From contig OZ240241.1 in NCBI GenBank assembly GCA_965198115.1, positions 1,152,001 through 1,216,000 on the forward strand: a stretch of DNA of 64,000 nucleotides. Direction: 5' to 3'. Under the pieces are notes generated by a model that did no database searches, was not told the origin of the DNA, and saw only the letters and a list, made by a program, of their open reading frames with translations. The position numbers and the translations under genes were made by a program. Shown here one piece after another: positions 29,865 to 39,786 of the stretch (its first letter is position 1; every line of letters starts with the position of its first letter). Origin of the DNA: Candidatus Latescibacterota bacterium. GTDB taxonomy: Bacteria; Latescibacterota; UBA2968.

Positions 29865-32734
29865 GGCGCACAAACGGCTTCCCATAGGACCTCTGCAGGG
29901 TGCCGTGCCTGTCGACCTGTGGCGTGTAGAATCTGTTGCCGGCACGAAAGCCCGGCTGCAACGATCTCAACTTCGGGTTTGGCATTCCGAACGGTATCCA
30001 GAAGACGGGGCTCTCCGATCTTTAAGGAGATGTCGTAGTGCTCTGCCTCGTAGCCGAACGCACCTGCCATTCCACAACACGCCGAGTCGATCGGACGAGC
30101 CTCAAAGCCGGGTGGCGCGTTCAGAACGCTGAGCGAGGGGCCAATTCCCCACAAGGCCTTCTGGTGACAATGGCCGTGAACCAGGATCTCTTTGCGGGTA
30201 TCCGCGAACGGTATCTCTGACCCACCGTCAAGGGCGGCGCTGAGAAAGCCTTCGAAGGGAAACGTATGATCGGCAACCGCTCTTGCTTCGGGCGAGGCGA
30301 CCAGATCGAGATAGTCGTCAGTCAGCATGGACACACAACTGGGCTCGATGCCCACGATGGAGATTCCGTCCTCAGTATATGGATACAACTGGCTGATGTT
30401 GTAGATCGCGTTCGCCCGAACGTCCTCGACCATACCTGCAGTCAACATAGGACGACCGCAACACTTCCTGTCGGGCAAAATCACCTCGTAGCCAGCCGCC
30501 TCAAGGACGCCGATCGCAGATACGCCGATCTCGGGATAGTTGTAGTTCAGATACGTGTCGTTGAACAAGACAACGCGTTTGTCGGACCGCATCGGGCGTC
30601 GCCGGCCCAGTCGGGTGGTGAGCGTGGGTCGTGCGAACGGTGGGAGCGACCGGCTTTCCGCGATCCCGAGCCACTTCATTCCGAACTTGGCCAACGGACT
30701 GTCGGCGATCCAGTTCGAAATGGGAGCGAAGAGACACCCGAGTCGGTTGATCGTATCGATGTTCCCAAAGACCCAGGCCCGGAGCGGCGTTCCGTGCTCA
30801 GCATAGTAGTGGGCGAGGAATTCGTACTTCAGCTTCGCCATGTCGACGTTCGAGGGGCATTCGGACTTACACGCCTTACACTCCAAACATAGATCCAGGA
30901 CATCGTGGACCCGAGGATCGGTGAGCCCTCCTTCGAGTTGTCCGGAAATGGCGGCTCGCAGGGCATTCGCACGCCCACGTGTGGAATCGACCTCGTCGCG
31001 CGTAGCCATGTAGGATGGACACATGGTCCCCACGAGCTTTTTGCGGCACTCCCCGACGCCGTTACACATCTCGATCGCTCTACCGAATCCTCCCTGTGAC
31101 GAGAAATCGAAGTGTGTTTTGGGTTCAACAGATTGATATTCAGCTCCGTATCGAAGATTCTCCGTCATCATCGGCGCATCGACGATCTTGCCCGGATTGC
31201 GCAATCCATTCGGGTCGAACGCCCTCTTAACCTGCCGGAACGCATCGTAGAGGGTCGCCCCGAACATCTGTTCGTTCCAGCAGCTTCGCACTAAACCATC
31301 GCCGTGCTCACCACTGACCGCCCCTCCGTACTTCAGGACCAGATCGCGTACCTGTTCCGCGATGGATCGCATTTTGGCGATGCCACTCGATGACTTGATG
31401 TTGACGACAGGCCGGATGTGTAACAGACCCACGCTTGCGTGCGCATAGTAGCCTGCGGTCGTATCGTGGGCCTGAACGATCCGTTCGAACTCCTCGATGT
31501 AGTCGGGTAACTTTTCGGGTGAGACAGCCGCATCTTCCACGAACGCAAGGGGTTTGGCGTCTCCTATGATCCCCATAAGGAGCCCGAGACCCGCCTTGCG
31601 GACGTTCCACACCTTGTCCTGATCCTCTGCATCGATTGCGCGATGAAAAGCGTAACCCAGTCCCGCCTCGCGCATCAGAGCCTCCAGGGCGTCCAATCTG
31701 GGCAAGAGCTCCTCGACCGTTTTTCCATAGTACTCGACGGCCAATACGGCTTCAGGATCTCCTTCGACCCAGGCGCGCTGTGGCGACAGGGACAGCGAGC
31801 CCTTGGTCTGGTCGAGGATCATCCTGTCGATAAGCTCGACAGCTGCGGGTGAGGTTTGGAGGATCGGTGCCACTGCCCGCATCGACTCGATGAGACCCTC
31901 GAACTGGATGACGCCCAGGACCTTTGCAACCGGAAGCGGCTCGAGGTTCAGGGTCGCTTCCGTGATCGTGACCAGTGTGCCTTCGGACCCGACGACCATC
32001 CGACACATGTTGAGGTCACCGTTTCGATCGGTGAACGCGTCGAGGTTATAGCCGCCGACACGTCTCAGTATCTTCGGATACCGGCGGTCGATCTCCTGCT
32101 CGTGTAATCTCGCGAGCCGAATGACTTCTCGAAAAATCTGACCTTCCAGGTCTTTCTGCTCCATCTTCGCACCGACCTGGGCCTTCGACATGCTCGACCA
32201 TTGGGCCGTCGTGCCGTCCGACAGAATAAGATTCAGTGCGATGACGTGATCGATCGTCTTGCCGTACTTGACGGAATGTGCGCCTGCCGAGTTGTTTGAA
32301 ACCATTCCACCGATCGTGGCCCGGCTGCTGGTCGCCACGTCGGGGGCAAAATGGAGACCGTGCGGCTTTAGAAACGCGTTGAGTTCGTCCAGAACGACGC
32401 CAGGCTGAACCCGGACCCACCGTTCCTCGGCGTTGAACTCGAGGACCTCGTTCATGTACTTGGAAAAGTCGATGATGAGACCGGTTCCGACGGTTTGCCC
32501 GGCTAGGCCCGTTCCCCCACCCCTTGCCACAATCGGAATCTGGAGCCGGTTGGCTGCGCCGACTGCAACGAGCACATCGTCCACGTGCTTGGGAAGCACG
32601 ACCCCAAGAGGCTGCATCTGATACATGCTGGCGTCGGTGCTGTAAAGAATCCGGGTCGCCGCGTCACACCGGAATTCACCGGCCAGGCGTCCATTAAGCG
32701 AGGCTTCGAGCTTCTGAAGCGATGAGTCGTTCAT
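29861..32734 (-). CDS. FAD-linked oxidase with 4Fe-4S and CCG domains (YdiJ/GlcD-GlcF-like 2-hydroxyacid dehydrogenase)
   Basis: RGGGT, GSEGTL, GEHGDG, CNGVGEC, CLECKACKSECP, CCG repeats. Confidence 0.92.
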   Translation of the reverse strand: MNDSSLQKLEASLNGRLAGEFRCDAATRILYSTDASMYQMQPLGVVLPKHVDDVLVAVGAANRLQIPIVARGGGTGLAGQTVGTGLIIDFSKYMNEVLEFNAEERWVRVQPGVVLDELNAFLKPHGLHFAPDVATSSRATIGGMVSNNSAGAHSVKYGKTIDHVIALNLILSDGTTAQWSSMSKAQVGAKMEQKDLEGQIFREVIRLARLHEQEIDRRYPKILRRVGGYNLDAFTDRNGDLNMCRMVVGSEGTLVTITEATLNLEPLPVAKVLGVIQFEGLIESMRAVAPILQTSPAAVELIDRMILDQTKGSLSLSPQRAWVEGDPEAVLAVEYYGKTVEELLPRLDALEALMREAGLGYAFHRAIDAEDQDKVWNVRKAGLGLLMGIIGDAKPLAFVEDAAVSPEKLPDYIEEFERIVQAHDTTAGYYAHASVGLLHIRPVVNIKSSSGIAKMRSIAEQVRDLVLKYGGAVSGEHGDGLVRSCWNEQMFGATLYDAFRQVKRAFDPNGLRNPGKIVDAPMMTENLRYGAEYQSVEPKTHFDFSSQGGFGRAIEMCNGVGECRKKLVGTMCPSYMATRDEVDSTRGRANALRAAISGQLEGGLTDPRVHDVLDLCLECKACKSECPSNVDMAKLKYEFLAHYYAEHGTPLRAWVFGNIDTINRLGCLFAPISNWIADSPLAKFGMKWLGIAESRSLPPFARPTLTTRLGRRRPMRSDKRVVLFNDTYLNYNYPEIGVSAIGVLEAAGYEVILPDRKCCGRPMLTAGMVEDVRANAIYNISQLYPYTEDGISIVGIEPSCVSMLTDDYLDLVASPEARAVADHTFPFEGFLSAALDGGSEIPFADTRKEILVHGHCHQKALWGIGPSLSVLNAPPGFEARPIDSACCGMAGAFGYEAEHYDISLKIGEPRLLDTVRNAKPEVEIVAAGLSCRQQILHATGRQARHPAEVLWEAVCAP

Positions 32735-32902
32735 TCAGAGGACTCCGGTCAGGTGCACGTCAGAAGCTGAATCTATCAATAAAGAACGCAATTAGTAGTT
32801 CTTGACTTTCTATCTTGCCTGTTTTATTGTTTGGAATGTCATGAACGGGACCCGACTGAATTTCTGGCGCAACTTCAAACCCCCAATAGAAAGGTCAAGT
32901 AA

Positions 32903-33040
32903 ATGCCGAAAACACCACCGAAACCGTCTAAGAAACCGCCCAAGAAGCCGCCCAAGAAACCACCTAACCAGCGCATCAATATTCGAGCATCCCAGAAGCC
33001 CATAGAATCAAAAAAATCACCGAAGAACAGAAAGAAATGA
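32903..33040 (+). CDS. Putative 45-aa Lys/Pro-rich peptide inside IS1595
   Basis: GAAAGG upstream; MPKTPPKPSKKPPKKPPKKPPNQRINIRASQKPIESKKSPKNRKK, built on ~12-bp repeats. Confidence 0.35.
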   Translation: MPKTPPKPSKKPPKKPPKKPPNQRINIRASQKPIESKKSPKNRKK

Positions 33041-33470
33041 TAGCACAAATGTAAAACCACCATTTTCGATTTATGGTTTTAACATTCTCTAGCATTGCTT
33101 CACCTGCGTTCTGGATCGTGTCTTTCTTGAACTCCAAGCATGATGAAGATGAAGATGAAGAAAGATAATGTTCAAAGAGCGTAGAAGGATCAATTTGCTG
33201 TATATGGCCATGTGCGCATCCAATCAAACAAAGACCTATCGAGAGCAAAAGAGAACCTGCCACCCAAAGAAAATCAGTCTCCATATGTAAATCCAGTGCT
33301 TTTAACGCCACAGGAAAAGCCAATACCGACGGGAGCAACAAGGCTAGCAACTTCTGAAGGCGAAGATTCATTGCATCCAACAACTTCTGTGCAACTTCAT
33401 AAGAATTGACAGCCAACTCATAGATCAAATCTACAGACGGAAATTCTTTCTCGTCATTCATGCGAAGCAT
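32976..33470 (-). CDS. IS passenger: 3-TM membrane protein
   Basis: AT-rich ORF overlapping the transposase stop; two TMs, a soluble loop, then a C-terminal TM. Confidence 0.75.
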   Translation of the reverse strand: MLRMNDEKEFPSVDLIYELAVNSYEVAQKLLDAMNLRLQKLLALLLPSVLAFPVALKALDLHMETDFLWVAGSLLLSIGLCLIGCAHGHIQQIDPSTLFEHYLSSSSSSSCLEFKKDTIQNAGEAMLENVKTINRKWWFYICAIISFCSSVIFLILWASGMLEY

Positions 33471-34345
33471 CCTTTCACGAAGGAATCAAACGCCCGCTTG
33501 TTCTTCCGGTTGTTGTATTTGTAGCACGCCTCAGCCACGTAGAGCGGTGTAAACCGCTTCGAGTAGTGATGGTGGGAACCATACCAGGCTCTCTTGAGCA
33601 AAGACCACACGCCCTCGATGGTGTTCGTATGAATGTCGCCGTCCGAATAGTGTCTCGCGTGCTGAATCACCGCGTGATTCATGATGCGACGGACGACATT
33701 GTAGACCCCATATTCGTCCGTGATGAGCCTGGACCCGTCAGGATCGATGGCACGCCTGATGAACTGCAACACACCCTTACCCGAGAGATCATCCGCAACC
33801 TCGGCCACGACCTTCCCTGAACGCTCCACGGCTCCGATTACAGCCGTTTTCTTCGTACCCCGCCCCCTGGGGTTCTGCTCGTCATCGTCGCGCTTGTTGC
33901 GCTTCCTGGGCCGCCCACCGACGTAGGTCTCGTCGGCCTCGATGATACCACGAAGTATGATTTTCCCCTGCTTGCTGGCCATTTCTGATCGGATACGCTG
34001 TTGCATGTACCATGCTGTCTTCTGGTTCAGGCTCAGATCGCGGGCGAGCTGTGGACTGGACAGGCTTTTCTTTGCGTTCACGATAAGGGCAACAGCGGCA
34101 AACCATTTCGGCAAAGGAATGTGCGTACCCTGAAACATCGTACCTGTCAACACGTTGAACGTTGACTTGCACGCGTGGCAATTCCAGCGGTTTACGTGCT
34201 TCGTCTCGCTCTTGCGGGCACACTCGTCTACCACGCCGCATCGGGGACAGAACGGATCATCTCCGAATCGGACCTTTTCCAGATGATCGATACACGCCTG
34301 CTGTGTCGGGAACTCTTTTGCTATGGTCATAAGGTCCATTCTCAA
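33458..34345 (-). CDS. IS1595-family transposase
   Basis: Zn ribbon CPRC/CHAC, EADETYVGG, ITDEY, HTNTIEGVWSLLKR. Confidence 0.95.
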   Translation of the reverse strand: MRMDLMTIAKEFPTQQACIDHLEKVRFGDDPFCPRCGVVDECARKSETKHVNRWNCHACKSTFNVLTGTMFQGTHIPLPKWFAAVALIVNAKKSLSSPQLARDLSLNQKTAWYMQQRIRSEMASKQGKIILRGIIEADETYVGGRPRKRNKRDDDEQNPRGRGTKKTAVIGAVERSGKVVAEVADDLSGKGVLQFIRRAIDPDGSRLITDEYGVYNVVRRIMNHAVIQHARHYSDGDIHTNTIEGVWSLLKRAWYGSHHHYSKRFTPLYVAEACYKYNNRKNKRAFDSFVKGCFA

Positions 34346-34431
34346 CCCCTTAGTGATTGTTTTTACAACTATTTAAATATACTCAATCACAAGGGGAAGT
34401 CAAGTCAAAAACTACTAATTGCGATAAAGAA

Positions 34432-34458
34432 AGCGCCCGGCAACGAATGCCGGGCGCT
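34432..34458 (-). terminator. Intrinsic terminator; IS1595 inserted in its U-tract
   Basis: AGCGCCCGGCA-ACGAA-TGCCGGGCGCT followed on the - strand by TTCTTTAT. Confidence 0.75.
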
Positions 34459-34481
34459 CAGTAGGGGTCGATCGTGCTCGA

Positions 34482-35240
34482 TTACGACCTTCTTCCAGAT
34501 TTGCTTCGATTTTTAACCTCTTTGGGATCGACCTTCTCGAAGTGACGCCCTGACACGAATTCGGAGGGCTCCTCAACGCGTTCTGCAGAGTTCGCGAGAG
34601 GGGCGAACCCGCCCGACGCAGGAGCCGGTGGTTTCGGATCCGGCTGCGGGGGCGTTGTTTTCCTCTCGGTCGCGCGAGCGGCTTGCGGGCGCGCTTTCGC
34701 TCGGAACGATTCCTTCGATTCGTTCGTCTCGGCTGATCCTCCGTCGACTGCCCAATTGACCGACCTCACGGTCTGGGCGTCTCCCGAAGTTTCAGAAACA
34801 GGTGCCTTCTTCGGATGCTCTTGGGCTGACGTAGCGGGTGCGGCTTGGGCCCACGAAACCGTTTCAACCCCTGATACCTTCACGGGCCGGTGCAGTTCTT
34901 CCTCTATTTCGTCGGCGGAGATCGGAAGTTCGAGTAAACGTGCACCCCTGGCTTCTATTCTGCGACGTGTCAAGTCCCCGACGTTCCCCGACAGGTGGGT
35001 CGCAACGGGGATCGCGCCGTGCTCGCGAGACTCGGCCAGTGCACGCGCGAACCCGAAGTCTTCGCTACAGTAGAGCAGAACGTTGATCAGGATGAGATCG
35101 GGAGGGCGGGAGTGAATCCGACGCAGGGCCTGCACGCAATCGGAGACGACGTTCAGTTCGTTTCGCGTCCGGTATCTGATGATCCCGCTAAGAGACCGAA
35201 TGTGTTCGGGATTACTGTCAACCAGGAGGATGTCAGCCAT
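34482..35240 (-). CDS. Pseudo-receiver domain protein with low-complexity tail
   Basis: MADILLVDSN...PPDLILINVLL (Asn at the phospho site), ELP instead of KP; Pro/Ala/Glu-rich C-terminus. Confidence 0.7.
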   Translation of the reverse strand: MADILLVDSNPEHIRSLSGIIRYRTRNELNVVSDCVQALRRIHSRPPDLILINVLLYCSEDFGFARALAESREHGAIPVATHLSGNVGDLTRRRIEARGARLLELPISADEIEEELHRPVKVSGVETVSWAQAAPATSAQEHPKKAPVSETSGDAQTVRSVNWAVDGGSAETNESKESFRAKARPQAARATERKTTPPQPDPKPPAPASGGFAPLANSAERVEEPSEFVSGRHFEKVDPKEVKNRSKSGRRS

Positions 35241-35248
35241 CTCAGCCT

Positions 35249-36399
35249 CTATCGTTCGCGATCGACGGCGATGCGGTCCCTCAAGATGGCGGCCAGACGT
35301 GTTCTCGCTACGCCCCGGATGTCCTCGTCGGTATCGAAGGAGAGCTGCCGCAGCGCCTCCGGAACGGTATTCACGTTCTTGATGACCGCCTGACGGACCT
35401 TGAGGGTGGGATCTTCCGCCAGTTTGATGATGCCCGGATCGGGAAGATTGGGGTGTTCTGCGATGCCCATTCGGACGTTCACACTCGTATCGAAGATCAT
35501 GCCCAACAGCAAGGCCGGTGAGCACCCGGGGTTCTTAGCTACCTCGATACGAATCGCCTCATCCCGATCTACTGAAAATCGGCCAGAACGTGAAGGGGAG
35601 CAACCGGATTTCCAGCGACGGCCAGTCGAACGGGCCGTTCGTTGTCTTTGGCGAGCGATTCCAGTTCACGGGGCCTGGTGTTTTCGTTCATCGCGACGTG
35701 TCTGCGGGCGGCCGGAGAAATATCCGTGTGGAGGATAGTCAAGACCTCCTCGTCCATATTCGGATTGCTCGCCAACCCGACCCGGACGACCTCGGCATAG
35801 TCCTCTGCGAGTGTTTTGAGTGCGGGAACAGAGGTCTGCTCGTTGTAGACCATCAGGCCCTGCCGACGTCTCTTGACTTCGAAAGCCTGGAACCGATCCG
35901 CGATCTTCCAAAAAAAGCCGGGCTCCACGGTCTCGATTTCGGTACTGCTCGTAAGAAAGATCCCTTTTCGACCGAACGCACGACCCAACTCGACGAGGGC
36001 GCCGCCTCCTTCGTCCAGGTCCTTGACGAAGGTCGTATCGATTTCGAACAGAAAGCGAGAATTCCGTGCGACGCCCCATCGGACCGTTGGATTCGGATCT
36101 CTTCCCAAACTCTGGAGAGAGGTTGCAGGTGTATATGGATTGAACGCGACGTAAAACCGAACACCCGCATCCTCATCTTTGGCGAGCGGAACGAGGACGC
36201 GAGGATTCTTCGTGCGTCTGGCTCGCTCCTTCTGCTCTTCGTTCAGCTGATCGGATTGCTGGAGGAGGCGCAGGAATTCCTGATCGGTGATCAGGTCGGG
36301 GTCCCGTCTCAACTGAGCATCCGAGGGAATCGAGCCCGCAAGGAGCAGGCTTGCCGCAGCCGTTAGAACAATGCGTACTGTTTCCCGCCTCGGCGGCAC
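35249..36399 (-). CDS. Secreted LRV/HEAT-like repeat protein, frameshift ~35577
   Basis: Signal peptide; repeats LAxDxxxxVRxxVAxNP; two ORFs join across a TTTT run. Confidence 0.78.
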
Positions 36400-36639
36400 G
36401 ATCTACCCTTTCGGTTCGTCAAACAAGGTGGACAATGTGGCCTAAATCTCGATTTTTCAGGATGCTAAGGAGATTGTATGGCCTTCTCCCGTATGTGTCA
36501 ATCACCAAGGGTGCAAATGACGCGCCAGACGGACCCGATTAATAGCCGAACAGGGCCAATTTCCTTGACTCTCCTGGGGGCGTTTCTTACTCTTGGCGCG
36601 GCGTGTCATTCCTCCCCGTTCCTCTCAGAAAGCGACAAA

Positions 36640-37887
36640 ATGGCCTCCCTTGCATCGATTGAAACACTCGCCATCGACGGCGGTACACCCGTCCGAGACA
36701 CCCAGAAACGGCCCTGGCCCGCGTGGCCGAACAACTCCGAGTCCAATTGGGAGGCGGAAATCGAGCCAGCGCTTCGTGAAGTTTACACGAGCCGCTCGGA
36801 GGGTCTTCCCGCGACTCAGTGCGAGTCCTTCGGGTCGGCGTTCGCCGCCTACTGCGATGGTCGATATGGAATCATCATGCCCCACGGCACCGATGCGATT
36901 TCTGCAGCGCTTGCCGGCGCACTCGACCTAGACGGAATTGGCGAGGGTGGCGAGGTCATCATTCCAAACTATACGTTCATCGCCACAGCCAGCGCCCCGA
37001 TCTCGGTGCGTTGTTCGCTCGCGCTCGTCGACATCGATCCACAGAGCTTCACGATCCTGCCCGAAGCGATCGAAGCGGCCATCACGAGCCAGACTCGCGC
37101 CATCATCCCGGTCCACCTGGGCGGTCACCCGGCGGACATGGACCCAATCAACGCAATCGCGAAGAAGCACGACCTGTTCGTGATAGAAGACTGTGCTCAA
37201 GCGCACGGGGCAGAGTATCGTGGCAAAAAAGTCGGCGCACTCGGCCACGTCGGTGCATTCAGCTTTCAGTCGAGCAAAAACCTGACGTCAGGAGAAGGCG
37301 GGTGTCTGATCACGGACGACGTCGACATTCGGGACCGAGCCTATGCCTTCAAAGACGTGGGACGGCGACCCGGTGGGGAACGCTGGGAATACCCGCGTCT
37401 GGGCTGGAACTATCGAACCTCCGAGTATCTGGCAGCCATCCTGCTGAAGCGTCTACCCGACTTGGAATCGCAGACTCGCAGGAGGAACGAGAACGCGAAA
37501 TTCCTTTCAGATGAGCTTGGCAAGATCGACGGAATCACTCCGCCCTCATCGAAGGACTACGTCACACGTCACGGCTATCATCTCTACATAATGCAATACG
37601 ATCCATCGGCATTCGGCGGCAAAACGCGCGACCAGTTCCTCGACGCGTTGCGGGGCGAAGGCATCACCAGTTCGCCCGGCTATCAACGTCCACTGACGGA
37701 CGAGGGCGCACTGAAAACAGTCGCCGAACGGTATCCACACATGGTGCGGCGAATGCCGTGTCCAAACGTGGAGCACGTATCCTCGCACAGCATCTGGCTC
37801 TACCAGTCGATGCTGCTCGCCGACCACGAAGACCTCGAAGACATCGTCGAGGCGGTCGTAAAGATCCAATCAGCTTTTACCGAATGA
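36640..37887 (+). CDS. DegT/DnrJ/EryC1/StrS PLP aminotransferase
   Basis: LAIDGG, TFIATA, IEDCAQAHG, SFQSSKNLTSGEGG, GWNYR. Confidence 0.93.
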   Translation: MASLASIETLAIDGGTPVRDTQKRPWPAWPNNSESNWEAEIEPALREVYTSRSEGLPATQCESFGSAFAAYCDGRYGIIMPHGTDAISAALAGALDLDGIGEGGEVIIPNYTFIATASAPISVRCSLALVDIDPQSFTILPEAIEAAITSQTRAIIPVHLGGHPADMDPINAIAKKHDLFVIEDCAQAHGAEYRGKKVGALGHVGAFSFQSSKNLTSGEGGCLITDDVDIRDRAYAFKDVGRRPGGERWEYPRLGWNYRTSEYLAAILLKRLPDLESQTRRRNENAKFLSDELGKIDGITPPSSKDYVTRHGYHLYIMQYDPSAFGGKTRDQFLDALRGEGITSSPGYQRPLTDEGALKTVAERYPHMVRRMPCPNVEHVSSHSIWLYQSMLLADHEDLEDIVEAVVKIQSAFTE

Positions 37888-38227
37888 CTCAGGCCGAGGC
37901 ACAGCCGAAAAACGTACGGATTCTGATCGTCGAGGATGACGAAGACATGCGGGGGCTCCTCGTAGAGACGGTCAATCGCTTGGGGTATTCTGCGACGGCT
38001 ACCGAAAAGGCGAAAGAGGCCCTGGCGTCGATCGAGCGAGGCGACATCGACCTGGTCATGCTCGACTTGAAGATGCCGGGCGTCGGGGGTCTGGATCTTC
38101 TGAAAGTCATACGTCGGCGTCAGTTCCCGATTCCTGTCATTGTCGTTTCGGGATTCATATCCGAAGACATTGCCAAAACCCTGGCGGCCACGGGTGTTCA
38201 GGGCATGGTCGCCAAGCCTTTTAAAAA

Positions 38228-39647
38228 GGCTATATCCGGATCTCTCAACGAGATGAAGTGGGTGAAGGTGCCGTGGTTCCTGGCATGGGGGCGCGGTTAG
38301 CGTGTGCGGAACCTCTTCGGAATCTGCTCAGGGATGTTTATGTCTCCGACGGTAAGGAAGATCATATCGTTGAATGCGTCGAGTGTGCGGAATCCGCTGG
38401 CTCGGTTCTTGACGATTTGGACGATTCGGTTGAGGCCTTCGGCGATGGCGTTGGTAAGACGCGTGTTCACGAATGCGAGGACGCCGAAGAAGTGCTGTCG
38501 CAGGGTCCTGACGAACTTTCGCAGGGGTTCAAGTCGACTTCTGAGTGCGGACGTCGTCCAGCATTTCAGGAAGCGTTCGGCAGCCCAGGGCGCTTTGTAT
38601 TCCCAGAACTGCTCGAACTCGTCCTTGAGTCTCCAGGCTCTATAGATTCGGTAGTTCGCCTTCTCCAGTGCTTTGAGTGTCCGAGTATCCCCTCTGGAGC
38701 GTGTCGCTGAGTGCCGGTAGAGGAGCCATCGGAGGCCCTTCATGGCTTTGCGCTCATCCGGGGCAGCTTTACGCCACTGGTCCTTACGGACCTCGTCAAC
38801 GGCGGCATTGAGAGCCTTGACGATGTGAAAGCGATCGAGGACCAGCTTGGCATTCGGACAGTGTTCCTGGATGGCTCCGATGTAAGCTTCGCTCATGTCG
38901 CAGCAGGCCCACTCGATCTTGGATCTCCGGTAGGGACTGAGAGCCTCTGTGAAGAACCGATCGATCGTTTTACGCGCCCTGCCGCGGCCAACCCACACCA
39001 CGCAGGAGCGGTCCAGATCGTAAACGAGCGTGGCGTACCTGTGACGCTTGGCGTAGGAGATCTCGTCGATCCCGATGGTTTTGAGCCCTCGGATACGATG
39101 ACCTTCACGAAGCCGCGTGATGGATCGGTGAAGGAGATCCGACAGCGTCGAGGCAGAGATGCGCAGTAACTCGGACGCCGCCTTCTGCGTCATGGTCTGG
39201 CAGTAGCGCAGCATGGCATACTCGAAGCGATACGTCACCCGAGAGAACCGCTCCGCCCACGGAATCTCCTCGACCACACGACCGTGGGTAGGACACCGAA
39301 TCTCCCGAGGATGGTAGAGAAGCCAGACCCTCCACCCGCACACCGGAATGTCACGCCACCGACGCGGATGGGGCATTGTGCGGACGATTTTACCTCGACG
39401 GCCGCACTCCGGACAACAACAACCATTCTTATGTGGCTTTACGGCGATGACGAAACAGCTTCTCCCCTCAAACCACCAGCTGACAACACGGAACCCCTTG
39501 AATCTCAGCAGTTTCGATAGTAATCTGCTCCCGGTCATAGGTCGCACCCCCTTCGCTTTGATTGTCCTACACACACAACCAAGCGTAGGGAACGATCTAT
39601 GACCTTGTCATTCTATAGTTTCACCGTTGAGAAACCCGGATAGAGCC
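38228..39647 (-). mobile_element. ISL3-family insertion sequence (1420 bp)
   Basis: IRs GGCTATATCCGGATCTCTCAAC / GTTGAGAAACCCGGATAGAGCC; 8-bp DR TTTAAAAA at 38220-38227 and 39648-39655. Confidence 0.95.
38297..39574 (-). CDS. ISL3-family transposase
   Basis: CPECG Zn finger, IGIDEIS, CDMS, DRFHIV, TNAIAEGLN. Confidence 0.95.
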   Translation of the reverse strand: MCRTIKAKGVRPMTGSRLLSKLLRFKGFRVVSWWFEGRSCFVIAVKPHKNGCCCPECGRRGKIVRTMPHPRRWRDIPVCGWRVWLLYHPREIRCPTHGRVVEEIPWAERFSRVTYRFEYAMLRYCQTMTQKAASELLRISASTLSDLLHRSITRLREGHRIRGLKTIGIDEISYAKRHRYATLVYDLDRSCVVWVGRGRARKTIDRFFTEALSPYRRSKIEWACCDMSEAYIGAIQEHCPNAKLVLDRFHIVKALNAAVDEVRKDQWRKAAPDERKAMKGLRWLLYRHSATRSRGDTRTLKALEKANYRIYRAWRLKDEFEQFWEYKAPWAAERFLKCWTTSALRSRLEPLRKFVRTLRQHFFGVLAFVNTRLTNAIAEGLNRIVQIVKNRASGFRTLDAFNDMIFLTVGDINIPEQIPKRFRTR

Positions 39648-39737
39648 TTTAAAAAGGACCGTCTTGCCGAGGAGCTCGAGCGCGTTGCGACGCGATACTT
39701 TGGAAATTGATCGACCTCTGCGAGAGAAACCAAGCAC

Positions 39738-39768
39738 GGCCGGGCAACTTTGCCCGGCCTTTCGTTTT
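39738..39768 (+). terminator. Intrinsic terminator
   Basis: GGCCGGGCAA-CT-TTGCCCGGCC-TTTCGTTTT. Confidence 0.75.
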
Positions 39769-39786
39769 GGTGCCCTCAAGCGTGGC

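Larger units (their letters stand above)
32787..34423 (-). mobile_element. IS1595-family element (1637 bp) with passenger ORFs
   Basis: Terminal IRs CGCAATTAGTAGTT(C/T)TTGACTT; 8-bp target duplication ATAAAGAA at 32779-32786 and 34424-34431. Confidence 0.95.
37884..39710 (+). pseudogene. Single-domain response regulator interrupted by ISL3
   Basis: EDD, LDLKMPG, AKPFKK; after removing the IS the frame continues [17 protein letters not shown] (ends 39710). Confidence 0.9.

Noticed and set aside
33139-33162. Phase-variable repeat (GATGAA)n in the IS passenger
   Set aside because: The 6-nt unit keeps the frame and encodes only a poly-Ser stretch
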